A stretch of 64,000 nt of DNA from an uncultured Spirochaetales bacterium (GTDB lineage Bacteria > Spirochaetota > Spirochaetia > Sphaerochaetales > Sphaerochaetaceae). Where the stretch lies: contig CASEGX010000010.1 of assembly GCA_949287505.1 (NCBI GenBank), positions 3,297 to 67,296 on the forward strand. The letters are read 5' to 3'. Position numbers and translations under genes: made by a program. Shown here one piece after another: positions 9,472 to 19,079 of this stretch. The notes under the pieces are model-generated. The model searched no databases. It was not told where the DNA came from and saw only the letters and a list, made by a program, of their open reading frames with translations. Within the stretch, counting starts at the first letter, position 1, and each line of letters starts with the position of its first letter.

Positions 9472-10869
9472 ATGGAATACGATCACAGCACATATATCAG
9501 TCCGCTTACATGGCGCTACGGTTCGGATGAAATGAAGCATATTTTCTCCGAGGAACATAAAAGAAAACTTTTAAGACGCGTCTGGATTGCCCTTGCAAGA
9601 GCTGAGTCGAAAGCAGGTCTTGTCAGTCAGGAGCAGGTTGAAGAGCTTGAGGCTCACAAGGATGACATCAACATTGACAGAGCAACCGAAATAGAGAACA
9701 CAATACATCACGACCTGATGGCCGAGATACGTACATATGCAGAAGAATGCCCGAAGGCCGGCGGAATCATACATCTTGGAGCGACAAGCATGGATGCCCT
9801 GGACAATGCAGATGCCGTCAGGTTCAAGGAAGCCATGGCTCTTACTATCAGGAGACTTGATGATCTCATCAGGATGCTTTCCGATAAAGCTGAGGAATTC
9901 AAAGCCGTCCCCACTATGGCATTCACGCACATTCAGCCAGCGGAAATCACGACCATAGGATACAGGCTTGCCCAGACACTGCAGGATCTTCTTGATGACA
10001 GGGAGAATGCAGAATCAGTTCTCACAGCAATAAAAGGAAAGGGAATGAAAGGCGCTGTAGGTACTGCAGCAAGCTACTCCGTCCTGCTTAAAGGGACATC
10101 GGTGAGTGCCCAGGAACTTGAGAAGATGGTAATGGATGAGCTCGGCCTTGAAGCATTCGATGCCGCAACCCAGACATACACCAGAAAACAGGACCTGAGG
10201 ATAATCGCAGTCCTCTCATCGCTCGCTGCAACACTTCACCGTTTCTCGCTGGATCTCAGAATCCTCCAGTCCCCTCCTATCGGAGAATTCTCCGAGCCAT
10301 TCGGCAAGAAGCAGGTAGGTTCCTCTGCAATGCCTTTCAAGCGCAATCCGATAAACTCAGAGAAGATCTGTTCCCTTTCCCGCATTGTCGAAAGCCAGTA
10401 TCAGACGGCATGGATGAACGCATCATCGTCAATCCTTGAACGTACACTGGATGACAGCGCGAACAGAAGGATTTTCATACCAGAGGCTTTCATCGCAACA
10501 GATGAGATGCTGCTTACCGAACTCAAGATCATAAGCGGAATGAATATCCACAGCACCGCCACAGACAGGCTGATGTCAGACTACGGTATCTTCGCCTCAA
10601 CAGAGAGACTTCTGATGGAACTGGGAAGGCACGGTGCAGACAGGCAGGAAATGCACGAGGTCATAAGGGAAGAATCCCTCGCTTCCTGGGCCCTGGTACA
10701 GGAAGGAAAAGGGAATCCGCTGAAAAAGAGACTGAAAGAGAATGCGAGAATCCGTGAGTATCTCCCGGAGGAAGAAATCGATGCACTCCTCGATGCGCAT
10801 GATTACACAGGAGATGCCGAGAAGAGGACGGAGATGGTAATAGAAAGAGCGAGAAAAACGCTCAGATGA
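9472..10869 (+). CDS. purB: adenylosuccinate lyase
   Basis: Sequence MEYDHSTYISPLTWRYGS... and the fumarate-lyase signature GSSAMPFKRNP. The track's TTG start at 9433 is actually the -35 hexamer. Confidence 0.93.
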   Translation: MEYDHSTYISPLTWRYGSDEMKHIFSEEHKRKLLRRVWIALARAESKAGLVSQEQVEELEAHKDDINIDRATEIENTIHHDLMAEIRTYAEECPKAGGIIHLGATSMDALDNADAVRFKEAMALTIRRLDDLIRMLSDKAEEFKAVPTMAFTHIQPAEITTIGYRLAQTLQDLLDDRENAESVLTAIKGKGMKGAVGTAASYSVLLKGTSVSAQELEKMVMDELGLEAFDAATQTYTRKQDLRIIAVLSSLAATLHRFSLDLRILQSPPIGEFSEPFGKKQVGSSAMPFKRNPINSEKICSLSRIVESQYQTAWMNASSSILERTLDDSANRRIFIPEAFIATDEMLLTELKIISGMNIHSTATDRLMSDYGIFASTERLLMELGRHGADRQEMHEVIREESLASWALVQEGKGNPLKKRLKENARIREYLPEEEIDALLDAHDYTGDAEKRTEMVIERARKTLR

Positions 10870-11437
10870 TCAGCAATCCGGCTCGGAATAAAAAGAAATA
10901 GAGAGTTGCTCTTATATATCTTACAGCCGTTGCCGGAATGACCTTTCTTCCATCCATCTTCAAAGCTCCGGCAAGTACGCATATAGTTGAGAACGGGAGA
11001 GGGAAAAGCCCTGCGATGATGACAAAAAGCGTACCGTACTTTCTGATATAAGCACCCCACTTCACCTCAGCCTTTGCTGTATACCGTTTAATGAACGGGA
11101 TCTTGTGAAGCAGAAGCCCGATTGCATAGGAAGTGATGCCTCCAAGAGAAGAAGCCGTACCGATAACCGCTATGGCAACGAGAGGATTCATCGAAGCTAC
11201 TATCGGGAAGACAAAGTCTGGAGAAAGCGGAAGGATCAGGGTATCCACGATATATACATACAGGAATATTCCTGTCAGTCCGAAATTCTCATTGAACCAG
11301 TCAATTGCAAGGGAATAATTCTCACCGCCAATGAATTTGAGGACGATGAAGAATCCCAGGAATATAAGGAGAATCGGGATTGTGCCTATCAGGGCGATCT
11401 TCTTCCAGTTCAGGTGCACATCTTTGTGCGTGTGCAA
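10862..11437 (-). CDS. VTT/SNARE-associated (YqaA/DedA-like) membrane protein
   Basis: 191 aa, multi-pass and hydrophobic, with the motif LPLSPDFVFPIV typical of this family. Confidence 0.6.
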   Translation of the reverse strand: MHTHKDVHLNWKKIALIGTIPILLIFLGFFIVLKFIGGENYSLAIDWFNENFGLTGIFLYVYIVDTLILPLSPDFVFPIVASMNPLVAIAVIGTASSLGGITSYAIGLLLHKIPFIKRYTAKAEVKWGAYIRKYGTLFVIIAGLFPLPFSTICVLAGALKMDGRKVIPATAVRYIRATLYFFLFRAGLLII

Positions 11438-11477
11438 GTCCTTCTCCTTATTATCCTCTGCTCACAGTTTCTCTGCT

Positions 11478-12608
11478 TCACTTGTCATTTAACAGACTCC
11501 TTACCTCCCCCAGCACGGAATCGATATCCCCAGAGACAGAACCCCTGAAAAACATACCTCGGCCACCTCCACGAAGAGAATACGGAGAAAGTCCTGCCTT
11601 TAAGATCCTGAACTCTTCTTCTGTTCCATGAAACATGAAACGTCCGCCGTCGTCAATAATAAAGACCCTATTCTCACCCAGCGTGGAGAAAGCATCCTCA
11701 AAAGCGGTGACTGGAACGGATGTCCTGAAAACTGCCAATTCTTTTCCGTTCTCAGCTGCAAGTTCCAGGCACGCGACCTTCCTCTCTGCCTCTCTGAGCA
11801 TTCTCCTGTTATCAGAATTCTCCCTAAGCAACCTTTCTATGGAAGATAATATCATTTCAGGCTCTGCGGAAAGAAGAGACGATGAGGCATTCACAATCCT
11901 CCTGTTCTCTCTTCTGTAATCAACAGAAAGAGAGGAGCACTTCCACATCGTGCGTACATGACCCCTTATCTTCTCCGAGCCATAATACTGAAGCTCTCCG
12001 ATTTCTCCGGTCGAACGGAGATGCACACCTCCGCAGGCAACTGCATCAAGGCCTTCGATGAATACAACCTTGACATTCCCTTCCACCTTGATTGACCGTC
12101 TCATATTCAGTTTCTCGGCAGCCTCATGGCTCATCTCTTCCTGCCATATCCTGTGGTTTTCCCTGATTGCTGCATTGGCCTCATCTTCTGTGGCAAGAAG
12201 AACGCTCTCATCAATCTCTCCACTGTCTGTCTCAATAGTGAAGAATGCTTCTCCCTGATGGACAGCAACAGTTCCTATTCCATACCGCGAGAAGAGAAGG
12301 GAGGAGACAAGATGCTGAGCGCTGTGCTCTTTCATATAGAAAAGCCGGTGCTCCCAATCCAGGGAGAGCCTTGACTTCTCGCCCAGCACAGGTTTACCGC
12401 CTTCAATTACATGCACGATCTCTCCGTCACTGTCCTTCTGGGTGTCGATAATCTTAAAGCTGCCGAACCATCCCCGGTCACCAGGCTGCCCTCCTCCTTC
12501 CGGATAGAAGATGGTACGGTCAAGGATGATTCCCCTATCAGAGACAGCGATGACCTCAGCCTCTGTTTCCTTCAGGTATCCATTCCCGTAATAAAGCTTT
12601 TCAGTCAT
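11478..12608 (-). CDS. alanyl-tRNA editing protein (AlaX-L type: tRNA_SAD plus DHHA1-like C-terminus)
   Basis: Motifs IFYPEGGGQPGD, HSAQHLVS and CGGVH (the zinc/editing motifs of AlaRS-related editing domains). Confidence 0.85.
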   Translation of the reverse strand: MTEKLYYGNGYLKETEAEVIAVSDRGIILDRTIFYPEGGGQPGDRGWFGSFKIIDTQKDSDGEIVHVIEGGKPVLGEKSRLSLDWEHRLFYMKEHSAQHLVSSLLFSRYGIGTVAVHQGEAFFTIETDSGEIDESVLLATEDEANAAIRENHRIWQEEMSHEAAEKLNMRRSIKVEGNVKVVFIEGLDAVACGGVHLRSTGEIGELQYYGSEKIRGHVRTMWKCSSLSVDYRRENRRIVNASSSLLSAEPEMILSSIERLLRENSDNRRMLREAERKVACLELAAENGKELAVFRTSVPVTAFEDAFSTLGENRVFIIDDGGRFMFHGTEEEFRILKAGLSPYSLRGGGRGMFFRGSVSGDIDSVLGEVRSLLNDK

Positions 12609-13234
12609 TTCTTATCCTCCCCGACCATTCTTGCAACAGGAAGTCTCCATTTGAAATGATAGCCCAGCATCCGGAGTACAGTCGTGAAAACCGCGGTTGA
12701 ATACATCAGAATGTCACCATTGATGCCAAATGATATGAGAATGACGAAAAGCAGTCCTCCGAGAATCGAAGCAGAGGCATAGAAATCCGATGTAAGGACC
12801 ATTGGAATCTCATGGCAGAAGACATCACGGAGCACGCCTCCTCCCACAGCACCGAAAACACCGCTTGTCATTACACCTATCGCCCCGAGACCAAGGGACT
12901 GCGCCTTCACGCAGCCGATTGCGGTGAAGACCCCAAGCCCTATTGCATCGAGGTACTGGATAAGTGCCCATCGTCCTACGGCCTTCGGGCTTAGGAGAAA
13001 TACGAGAATGCCCATGGCTATACAGACGAGAACATAAGCATTGTCACAGAATACTGCAACAGGGAATATTCCCAATAATGCATCTCTAAGCATACCACCA
13101 CCACAGCCTACGGTGATGGCAAAAACAATGACGCCAAGGAAATCAAGTCTGTTCCTTACGCCTTTGACAGCTCCTGTTATTGCGAAGATAGCTGTACCGA
13201 ATATATCGAAAGCATAAACGATGCCACTGTCCAT
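12605..13234 (-). CDS. TRIC/UPF0126 (YadS-like) trimeric cation channel family membrane protein
   Basis: Duplicated glycine-rich motifs (FGTAIFAITGAVKG, GCGGGMLRDALLG, FGAVGGGVLRDV). I chose the start at ATG 13234, which gives 209 aa and fits the family size. Upstream in-frame ATGs at 13315 and 13375 are possible alternatives. An ATGA overlap joins it to the AlaX gene. Confidence 0.75.
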   Translation of the reverse strand: MDSGIVYAFDIFGTAIFAITGAVKGVRNRLDFLGVIVFAITVGCGGGMLRDALLGIFPVAVFCDNAYVLVCIAMGILVFLLSPKAVGRWALIQYLDAIGLGVFTAIGCVKAQSLGLGAIGVMTSGVFGAVGGGVLRDVFCHEIPMVLTSDFYASASILGGLLFVILISFGINGDILMYSTAVFTTVLRMLGYHFKWRLPVARMVGEDKK

Positions 13235-13283
13235 AGCCTGTAGCCTATACAAATAGGCAGTTTCCGTCCACTCTGCAAAGCTA

Positions 13284-13312
13284 TAGTCAGGAAGGGATAG
13301 TTTGATTATATT
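13284..13312 (+). promoter_or_regulatory. putative promoter TAGTCA-17 nt-TATATT
   Basis: The -10 ends 6 nt before ATG 13319, and there is no SD. Confidence 0.4.
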
Positions 13313-13318
13313 CATGGC

Positions 13319-13912
13319 ATGGGAAAGATAAAAAGCGCATGGGAACTGGCTCTCGAACGCACAGAGAGCATCCATATGGATAAGGATAAACTGAAATACA
13401 AGACGGATGTGGATACCGCACGCCGCCTTGCTGCAAAATACATCACGGACGAAGATCCTATTGATGAGAAGGCATTGAAGGAAGGACTGGCAAATCTCGA
13501 CAAGAAAGCTGTGAAGGAAGCACTTATGATCACAGCAGGAGCCAACCTGTCATTGCCACAGACAGAAAACGATGACAGCACAAGACTTGAGAAGGCAAAG
13601 CATCTGATAGAGCTTGCAACGGATGGAAATCCGGAAGCCACAGCTCTGGCCGGAGAGCTTGAGGGATTTCTAAAGCAGTATCCTCTCCACAGGAAGGATC
13701 TTCTCGAGAAGATGAAGGCTCAGTACAAACCTATTCTCGATGAGAAATCGGAGAAGCTATCAAGGCAGTATGGAACGGAAGTCTCCCTTACCTTCGAAAG
13801 CGATAAGGAATTCATGGAAGCTGCAAGGAAGAACCTCGAGAAACTTGAAGGACAGTATCAGGCGACACTGGACAATGCGAAAGCCCAGCTCAGGGAGCTT
13901 GCGGGGCTTTAA
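13319..13912 (+). CDS. hypothetical charged alpha-helical protein
   Basis: 197-aa ORF (MGKIKSAWELALERTES...). It has coding-like composition and I recognised no family. Confidence 0.6.
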   Translation: MGKIKSAWELALERTESIHMDKDKLKYKTDVDTARRLAAKYITDEDPIDEKALKEGLANLDKKAVKEALMITAGANLSLPQTENDDSTRLEKAKHLIELATDGNPEATALAGELEGFLKQYPLHRKDLLEKMKAQYKPILDEKSEKLSRQYGTEVSLTFESDKEFMEAARKNLEKLEGQYQATLDNAKAQLRELAGL

Positions 13913-14294
13913 GCTTCTCTCTGATTGCCGCAACCACGGCAGCATCTGCCGGAAGCCAAGCAACAACATCCAGTTCTGACAGATCAAGCCATCTTGCCTC
14001 ACTATGTTCGGTGAGGGTAAGGTGGCCTTCCTTAACATGTGACAGATAACAGTCCATGACAAGGTAGAACTCGGGATACTGTTCTTCTACTGTGCAAAGG
14101 AAACACTCAACCTCGATTTCAGCTCCGAGCTCTTCACGGATTTCCCTTACCGCAGCCTCTTCGCCGCTCTCTCCTTTCTCCTGCTTTCCACCCGGAAATT
14201 CCCAGTATCCTTTAAAACTGCCGTGCCCTCGCCTTACAGCATAGATTTTCCCATCTTCATGGATTACAGCAGCGCTTACCCGTATTGATTTCAT
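13890..14294 (-). CDS. NUDIX hydrolase (MutT-like)
   Basis: Nudix box GGKQEKGESGEEAAVREIREELG. Confidence 0.9.
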   Translation of the reverse strand: MKSIRVSAAVIHEDGKIYAVRRGHGSFKGYWEFPGGKQEKGESGEEAAVREIREELGAEIEVECFLCTVEEQYPEFYLVMDCYLSHVKEGHLTLTEHSEARWLDLSELDVVAWLPADAAVVAAIREKLKAPQAP

Positions 14295-14356
14295 ACTCCG
14301 ATCCTAACAGTTTTTCCCGATGGAACAAAGACAGAAGTAAATATATACTACCTCAC

Positions 14357-15733
14357 ATGCAAAAGAGCAGGAATTATGATCTGGGAAAGGATGGACTCTG
14401 GTTTCTGGTATTGAGTCTGGCACTGCCTACCGCACTGGGGCAGGCTGTGAATGTCCTGTATGCCATTGTGGACAGAATGTACATCGGGCATATCGCAGGC
14501 TATGGGGATATCGCGCTTGCAGGTGTTGGCGTTGCTTCGCCGATTGCAACATTCCTATCCTCTTTTGCCACTCTCATCGGAATGGGAGGCGCTCCTATAA
14601 TGGCCATGAGGGAAGGTCATGGCGATCATGAAATTGCAGAGAGGATACTCACAACAGGTTTCTACCTCCTCCTTGCTGTATCGGTAATCCTCACCCCGCT
14701 CTTCTTCATATTCAGAGACCCCATTCTCATGACATTCGGCGCCTCGGACGTGACACTGCCCTATGCCTCTTCATACCTTGGCTGGTATGTGCTCGGCACC
14801 CCGTTCGCACTGCTTTCCACAGGACTCAACAGCTTTGTGATCAATCAGGGGATGTCAAAGAAAGGCATGTTATCAGTCCTCGCCGGTGCGGTGATGAATA
14901 TCATCCTCGACCCTGTCTTCATATTCCTTTTCGACATGGGCGTGCAGGGAGCGGCAATTGCAACCGTAATCTCACAGCTTGTATCCATGCTCATTGCAAT
15001 AGCAGCACTGAAAGGGAAGAACACAGCGATAAAACTCCGCTTCAGCGGTTTCATGCCAAACCAGATCGGGAAAATAATAAAGTTCGGACTATCATCCTTC
15101 ATCATCATATCAACAGACAGTCTTCTCCTTGTCGTTCTCAATGCGATGCTCCAGAAATACGGAGGCCCGGGATGGGGAGATATGCTGATTACATGTTCCA
15201 CAATCGTCCAGAGCTACCATATTCTTGTGACATACCCTATGGGTGGAATGACTGCCGGATGTCAGGGCCTGGTGAGCTATAATTTCGGTGCAGGATATAC
15301 AGAGAGGGTGAGAAAGAGCATCAACAACCTCCAGATTCTCATCACAGGCTACACAATCATAATGTTCATTTTCACGATTTTCGGATCAGAGCTCTTTGCC
15401 TCCCTCTTTTCCTCTGACAATGAGATTCTGGAACTGTCAGCGCATTACATGCTCATTTTCGAGAGCATGATCATACCGCTCTCATTCCAGTATGTTAATG
15501 TGGATATGATGACGGCTCTTGGTCAGATCAGGATATCATTGCCACTTTCCCTGACAAGGAAGATCACATTCTTCCTTTCTTCGCTCATACTGCCAATGAT
15601 CTTCGGCGCATCCTCGGCATTCTTCTCTGAACCTATATCCGATCTTCTTGCCTGCGCTGTCGGAACCATAATCGTACGTCTGTCACTTACAAAGATCCTC
15701 GAGAGAAGAAAGAAGGAAGGCTTCCATATCTGA
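14357..15733 (+). CDS. MATE family efflux transporter
   Basis: 12-TM-like protein with an N-terminus typical of MATE transporters (LALPTALGQAVNVLYAIVDRMYIG). The start at ATG 14357 is 7 nt after TATACT. Confidence 0.88.
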   Translation: MQKSRNYDLGKDGLWFLVLSLALPTALGQAVNVLYAIVDRMYIGHIAGYGDIALAGVGVASPIATFLSSFATLIGMGGAPIMAMREGHGDHEIAERILTTGFYLLLAVSVILTPLFFIFRDPILMTFGASDVTLPYASSYLGWYVLGTPFALLSTGLNSFVINQGMSKKGMLSVLAGAVMNIILDPVFIFLFDMGVQGAAIATVISQLVSMLIAIAALKGKNTAIKLRFSGFMPNQIGKIIKFGLSSFIIISTDSLLLVVLNAMLQKYGGPGWGDMLITCSTIVQSYHILVTYPMGGMTAGCQGLVSYNFGAGYTERVRKSINNLQILITGYTIIMFIFTIFGSELFASLFSSDNEILELSAHYMLIFESMIIPLSFQYVNVDMMTALGQIRISLPLSLTRKITFFLSSLILPMIFGASSAFFSEPISDLLACAVGTIIVRLSLTKILERRKKEGFHI

Positions 15734-15783
15734 CACAGTGTTTACAACGAAGTGTTCAGTGATTGCCGCAGTTTTCCGGAGAA

Positions 15784-16815
15784 TCAGAGCCAGTGCTCGC
15801 TTTCGGGAATGTTTTCCTTGATGTAGATGTCTACAGGAGCAGAGAGATTCATACCGTTTTCTGCAGGGAGCGTGAAATGGTTATACATCGCCATCACGGC
15901 ATCGTGCCCCTGTGCCCTCGGCCTCTGCCCGATGATTGCGAAGATATGGCCGGAAGAAAGATAGCGGCGATTTGATGCAGAGAGATCAAATCCGATTATC
16001 CTGGCCTTATCCAGCAGATTCATATTCTCAAGGACTCCGCATAGAATTGATGCCTGATCATTGACTATGAAGATTCCGAACGAAGAAGGTGAAGGAGAAA
16101 GGATTTTTCTCAGGGCGTTTTCCATCTCATCCGGTCCATCTATGCAGATATTGTCCACGGCGATATCCGGATGGAAGGCAGAGAATGCCGATGTGAAGGC
16201 TTCTGCCCTCATCTCTCCATTGAAAGCTCCGAGATGCGTTTGCAAGGCAATGACACGGGAAAGCGGCTCTGGAGAGAGACACATAAGGCGGGCTCCGGTA
16301 CGACCTGCAGCCACAGGGTCCTGCGCAAAGGCCCAGCAAGGAGAAAGCCCGGGGAGTGAGGAATCTATGAAAGCATATGGGATATCAGGATGCTCCCTGA
16401 CAATCTCCTTCATTCCCTCGGTGATGATCGGAGCGACTATATAAGCAGAGACATGGTGTGAAAAGAGAACGGCAGATGCAGATAGGAAACTTGCACTGTC
16501 ATGTCTGTCAAAGAATGAATAGATGATGGTGGCATCCAGAGCCTCTATCTCCTTTCTGGCCTCCTCGATGCCATCCATTACCTGCTGCCAGTAACCATAC
16601 TCTGTTTTCGGATCAGGAATCAGGACACCGAAAACAAGACGGCGGTTACGCTGGAGACGCCGGGCAAGCTGGTTTGGAACATAGCCATTCTCATCAGCAA
16701 TACGCTTTATCTTCTCCTCGTTCTCCTTAGACACACGCCCTCTTCCATGAAGGACCCTGTCCACGGTTCCCGGGGATACTCCGGCCTTACCGGCAATCTC
16801 CTTGATTGTAATCAT
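15784..16815 (-). CDS. LacI family transcriptional regulator (probable repressor of the adjacent pentose operon)
   Basis: N-terminal HTH ITIKEIAGKAGVSPGTVDRVLHGRGRVS plus a periplasmic-binding-protein-like core. It starts 2 nt after the araD stop. Confidence 0.9.
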   Translation of the reverse strand: MITIKEIAGKAGVSPGTVDRVLHGRGRVSKENEEKIKRIADENGYVPNQLARRLQRNRRLVFGVLIPDPKTEYGYWQQVMDGIEEARKEIEALDATIIYSFFDRHDSASFLSASAVLFSHHVSAYIVAPIITEGMKEIVREHPDIPYAFIDSSLPGLSPCWAFAQDPVAAGRTGARLMCLSPEPLSRVIALQTHLGAFNGEMRAEAFTSAFSAFHPDIAVDNICIDGPDEMENALRKILSPSPSSFGIFIVNDQASILCGVLENMNLLDKARIIGFDLSASNRRYLSSGHIFAIIGQRPRAQGHDAVMAMYNHFTLPAENGMNLSAPVDIYIKENIPESEHWL

Positions 16816-16817
16816 AC

Positions 16818-17507
16818 TCAGTTCTGACCGTAATAAGCATTCTTCCCGTGCTTGCGGTAATAATGCTTATCCATAAGATACTGCGGAGCGCTCTGGATAT
16901 CAGGATTGATCATCCTCGCAATCGCAGCCATCTTGGCACATTCTTCAAGGACAACGGCATTATGAACAGCTTCAGCAGCGCTCTTACCCCACGCAAATGG
17001 TCCATGATTGCGGCAAAGCACACCCGGAGTAGCCATAGGATTCCTGTCCTTGAATGCTTCTTCGATTATGACACCCGTATTCCTCTCATAAGCATCCTCA
17101 ACCTCTTCCTTTGTCAGTGTGCGTGCAGCAGGAATCTCTCCATAGAAATAATCCGCATGCGTTGTGCCATAGCAAGGAAGAGAGAGTCCGGATTGGGCCC
17201 ATGATGTTGCCCAGGTCGAATGAGTGTGCACAATACCCTTTATCTGAGGGAATTTCGAATAGAGGTAGACATGCGTAGGCGTGTCACTGGAAGGCCGCAG
17301 ATGGCCTTCAACGACCTTGCCTTCAAGATCAACGACAACCATGTCATCGGCCTTCATCTTGTCATAATCAACACCGCTCGGCTTTATGACAACAAGCCCC
17401 GTTTCCTCATCGAATGCGGATACATTACCCCAAGTAAAGACTACAAGACCATACTCAGGGAGCTGTAGATTGGCCTTCAGCACCTCTTCTTTGAGTTTCT
17501 CGAGCAT
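16818..17507 (-). CDS. araD: L-ribulose-5-phosphate 4-epimerase
   Basis: Class II aldolase/epimerase motifs ([20 protein letters not shown]) over 229 aa. Confidence 0.92.
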   Translation of the reverse strand: MLEKLKEEVLKANLQLPEYGLVVFTWGNVSAFDEETGLVVIKPSGVDYDKMKADDMVVVDLEGKVVEGHLRPSSDTPTHVYLYSKFPQIKGIVHTHSTWATSWAQSGLSLPCYGTTHADYFYGEIPAARTLTKEEVEDAYERNTGVIIEEAFKDRNPMATPGVLCRNHGPFAWGKSAAEAVHNAVVLEECAKMAAIARMINPDIQSAPQYLMDKHYYRKHGKNAYYGQN

Positions 17508-19069
17508 CAGAACACCTCCACTGCTTTTCTTTCAACTGCAAGACCCTTCTCATAAGACTGAAGGAATCTGTCATACCCTGCCGTATCTTCTCCGTCTGGC
17601 TCGGACACCTCCATCTCCGCGTTCTTGAATATCTCTGACAGATAATCAGAAAGTGATTTCCCGGATCCGATATACGAAGCAAGAAGAGCTGCGCCCCAGG
17701 CACCGCCTTCTCCGGCTGTAGACATGACGGCAGATTTAACACCAGTGACAGATGAAAGCATCTTGAGACCGGCATCGCTTGTCTTAAAAAATCCTCCATG
17801 CCCGATCAGAAGCTCGGCTTTGACGCCTTCCTCCTTCGAGAGGATATCGAGGCCGATACGCATCGAAGAGAGGGAGGAATAGAGAAGAGAACGCATGAAA
17901 TTCGCAACCGTCAGCGGTTTCTCAGGATCGCGGATGACCATCGGCACACCTTTTTCCAGCCCGACGATATGCTCGCCAGAAATGAAATTATAGCTGATGA
18001 TTCCACCGGCATCCTTCTCAGCATCAAACACAGAGCGGAGAAGCGTGTCATAAAGACGCCCCTTCTTCACATCAGCACCCATCATCTTCAGAACTTCAGC
18101 AAAGAGAGAAATCCATGAGTCATAGTCGCCTGTGCAGTTATTGCTATGAGCCATTGCTCCAGGATAGCCATCTGGTGTGGAGACTATGTCAATCACGCTA
18201 TAAGCCTTTGAAAGCGGTTTATCAAGAATGATGGTCGCAAAAGCACTTGTACCTGCAGAAACATTACCTGTTCTCGGTTTTACGGTATTTGTTGCCGCCA
18301 TACCAGTCTCAGCATCGCCCTCAGGAGCACAGAACGGGACACCAGGCTGGAGCACTCCGCTCTCATCGAGAAGAGCAGCACCTTCAGCTGTGAGAGTGCC
18401 ACACATCTCACCGGCAAGTTTCACCTCCGGGAAAAGCGGACGGATATCAAGACCATAGGAAGAGAGGAAGGTCTCTGCAGCCTTGTCGGAGAATGTCTTC
18501 TTCTCGAAATCTATCGGGAACATACCGGATGCATCCCCGATTCCGATTGCCTTGACACCGGTGAGGAGGAAATGCACGTAAGATGCAAGTGTGAAGACAT
18601 GCCGGACATCCTTCAAATAGCTCTTTCCATCCTTTATATCCTTAAGGATGTGGCTTATGGTCCAGCGCTGAGGAATAGGATAATCAAAGAGCTTTGTCAG
18701 CTCCTCTGATTCTGCAGCGGTTATCGTATTGCGCCATGTCCTGAATGGAGAGAGGAATGCAAAAGAGCTATCACACTCGATGCAGCCGTGCATCATTGCA
18801 GATATTCCCATTGCCTTCAGTCTCTCTATCTTTAGCCCATATTTTGATGCCACAGAGTGGGAAAGGTCTGAATAGACTCCCCTGAGACCTGCAAGTATGT
18901 CTTCCCTGCTATAGGTCCAGATTCCATTCTCAAACCTGTTCTCCCAGTCATAAGCTCCTGTTGCTATCGGTTTTGCACTCTGGTCAATCAGGACAGCCTT
19001 TATTCTTGTTGAACCGAATTCAATTCCAAGAACCGCCTCTCCGCATCTGATGCACTCTGCTTCTGTCAT
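17507..19069 (-). CDS. FGGY-family sugar kinase, probable L-ribulokinase
   Basis: Sequence [16 protein letters not shown] and FGGY N- and C-terminal domains. ATG 19069 is preceded by GGAGG. A TGATG overlap joins it to araD. Confidence 0.8.
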   Translation of the reverse strand: MTEAECIRCGEAVLGIEFGSTRIKAVLIDQSAKPIATGAYDWENRFENGIWTYSREDILAGLRGVYSDLSHSVASKYGLKIERLKAMGISAMMHGCIECDSSFAFLSPFRTWRNTITAAESEELTKLFDYPIPQRWTISHILKDIKDGKSYLKDVRHVFTLASYVHFLLTGVKAIGIGDASGMFPIDFEKKTFSDKAAETFLSSYGLDIRPLFPEVKLAGEMCGTLTAEGAALLDESGVLQPGVPFCAPEGDAETGMAATNTVKPRTGNVSAGTSAFATIILDKPLSKAYSVIDIVSTPDGYPGAMAHSNNCTGDYDSWISLFAEVLKMMGADVKKGRLYDTLLRSVFDAEKDAGGIISYNFISGEHIVGLEKGVPMVIRDPEKPLTVANFMRSLLYSSLSSMRIGLDILSKEEGVKAELLIGHGGFFKTSDAGLKMLSSVTGVKSAVMSTAGEGGAWGAALLASYIGSGKSLSDYLSEIFKNAEMEVSEPDGEDTAGYDRFLQSYEKGLAVERKAVEVF

Positions 19070-19079
19070 TGCAACCTCC

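Noticed and set aside
13313-13321. Divergent start codons only 3 bp apart (TRIC gene ATG at 13315 versus the hypothetical gene ATG at 13319), and similarly 32890 (TTG) versus 32894.
   Set aside because: In both cases a downstream in-frame ATG (13234 and 32827) gives the family-typical N-terminus and length. It also leaves a normal divergent promoter region, so the apparent 3-bp divergence is an ORF-extension artefact.
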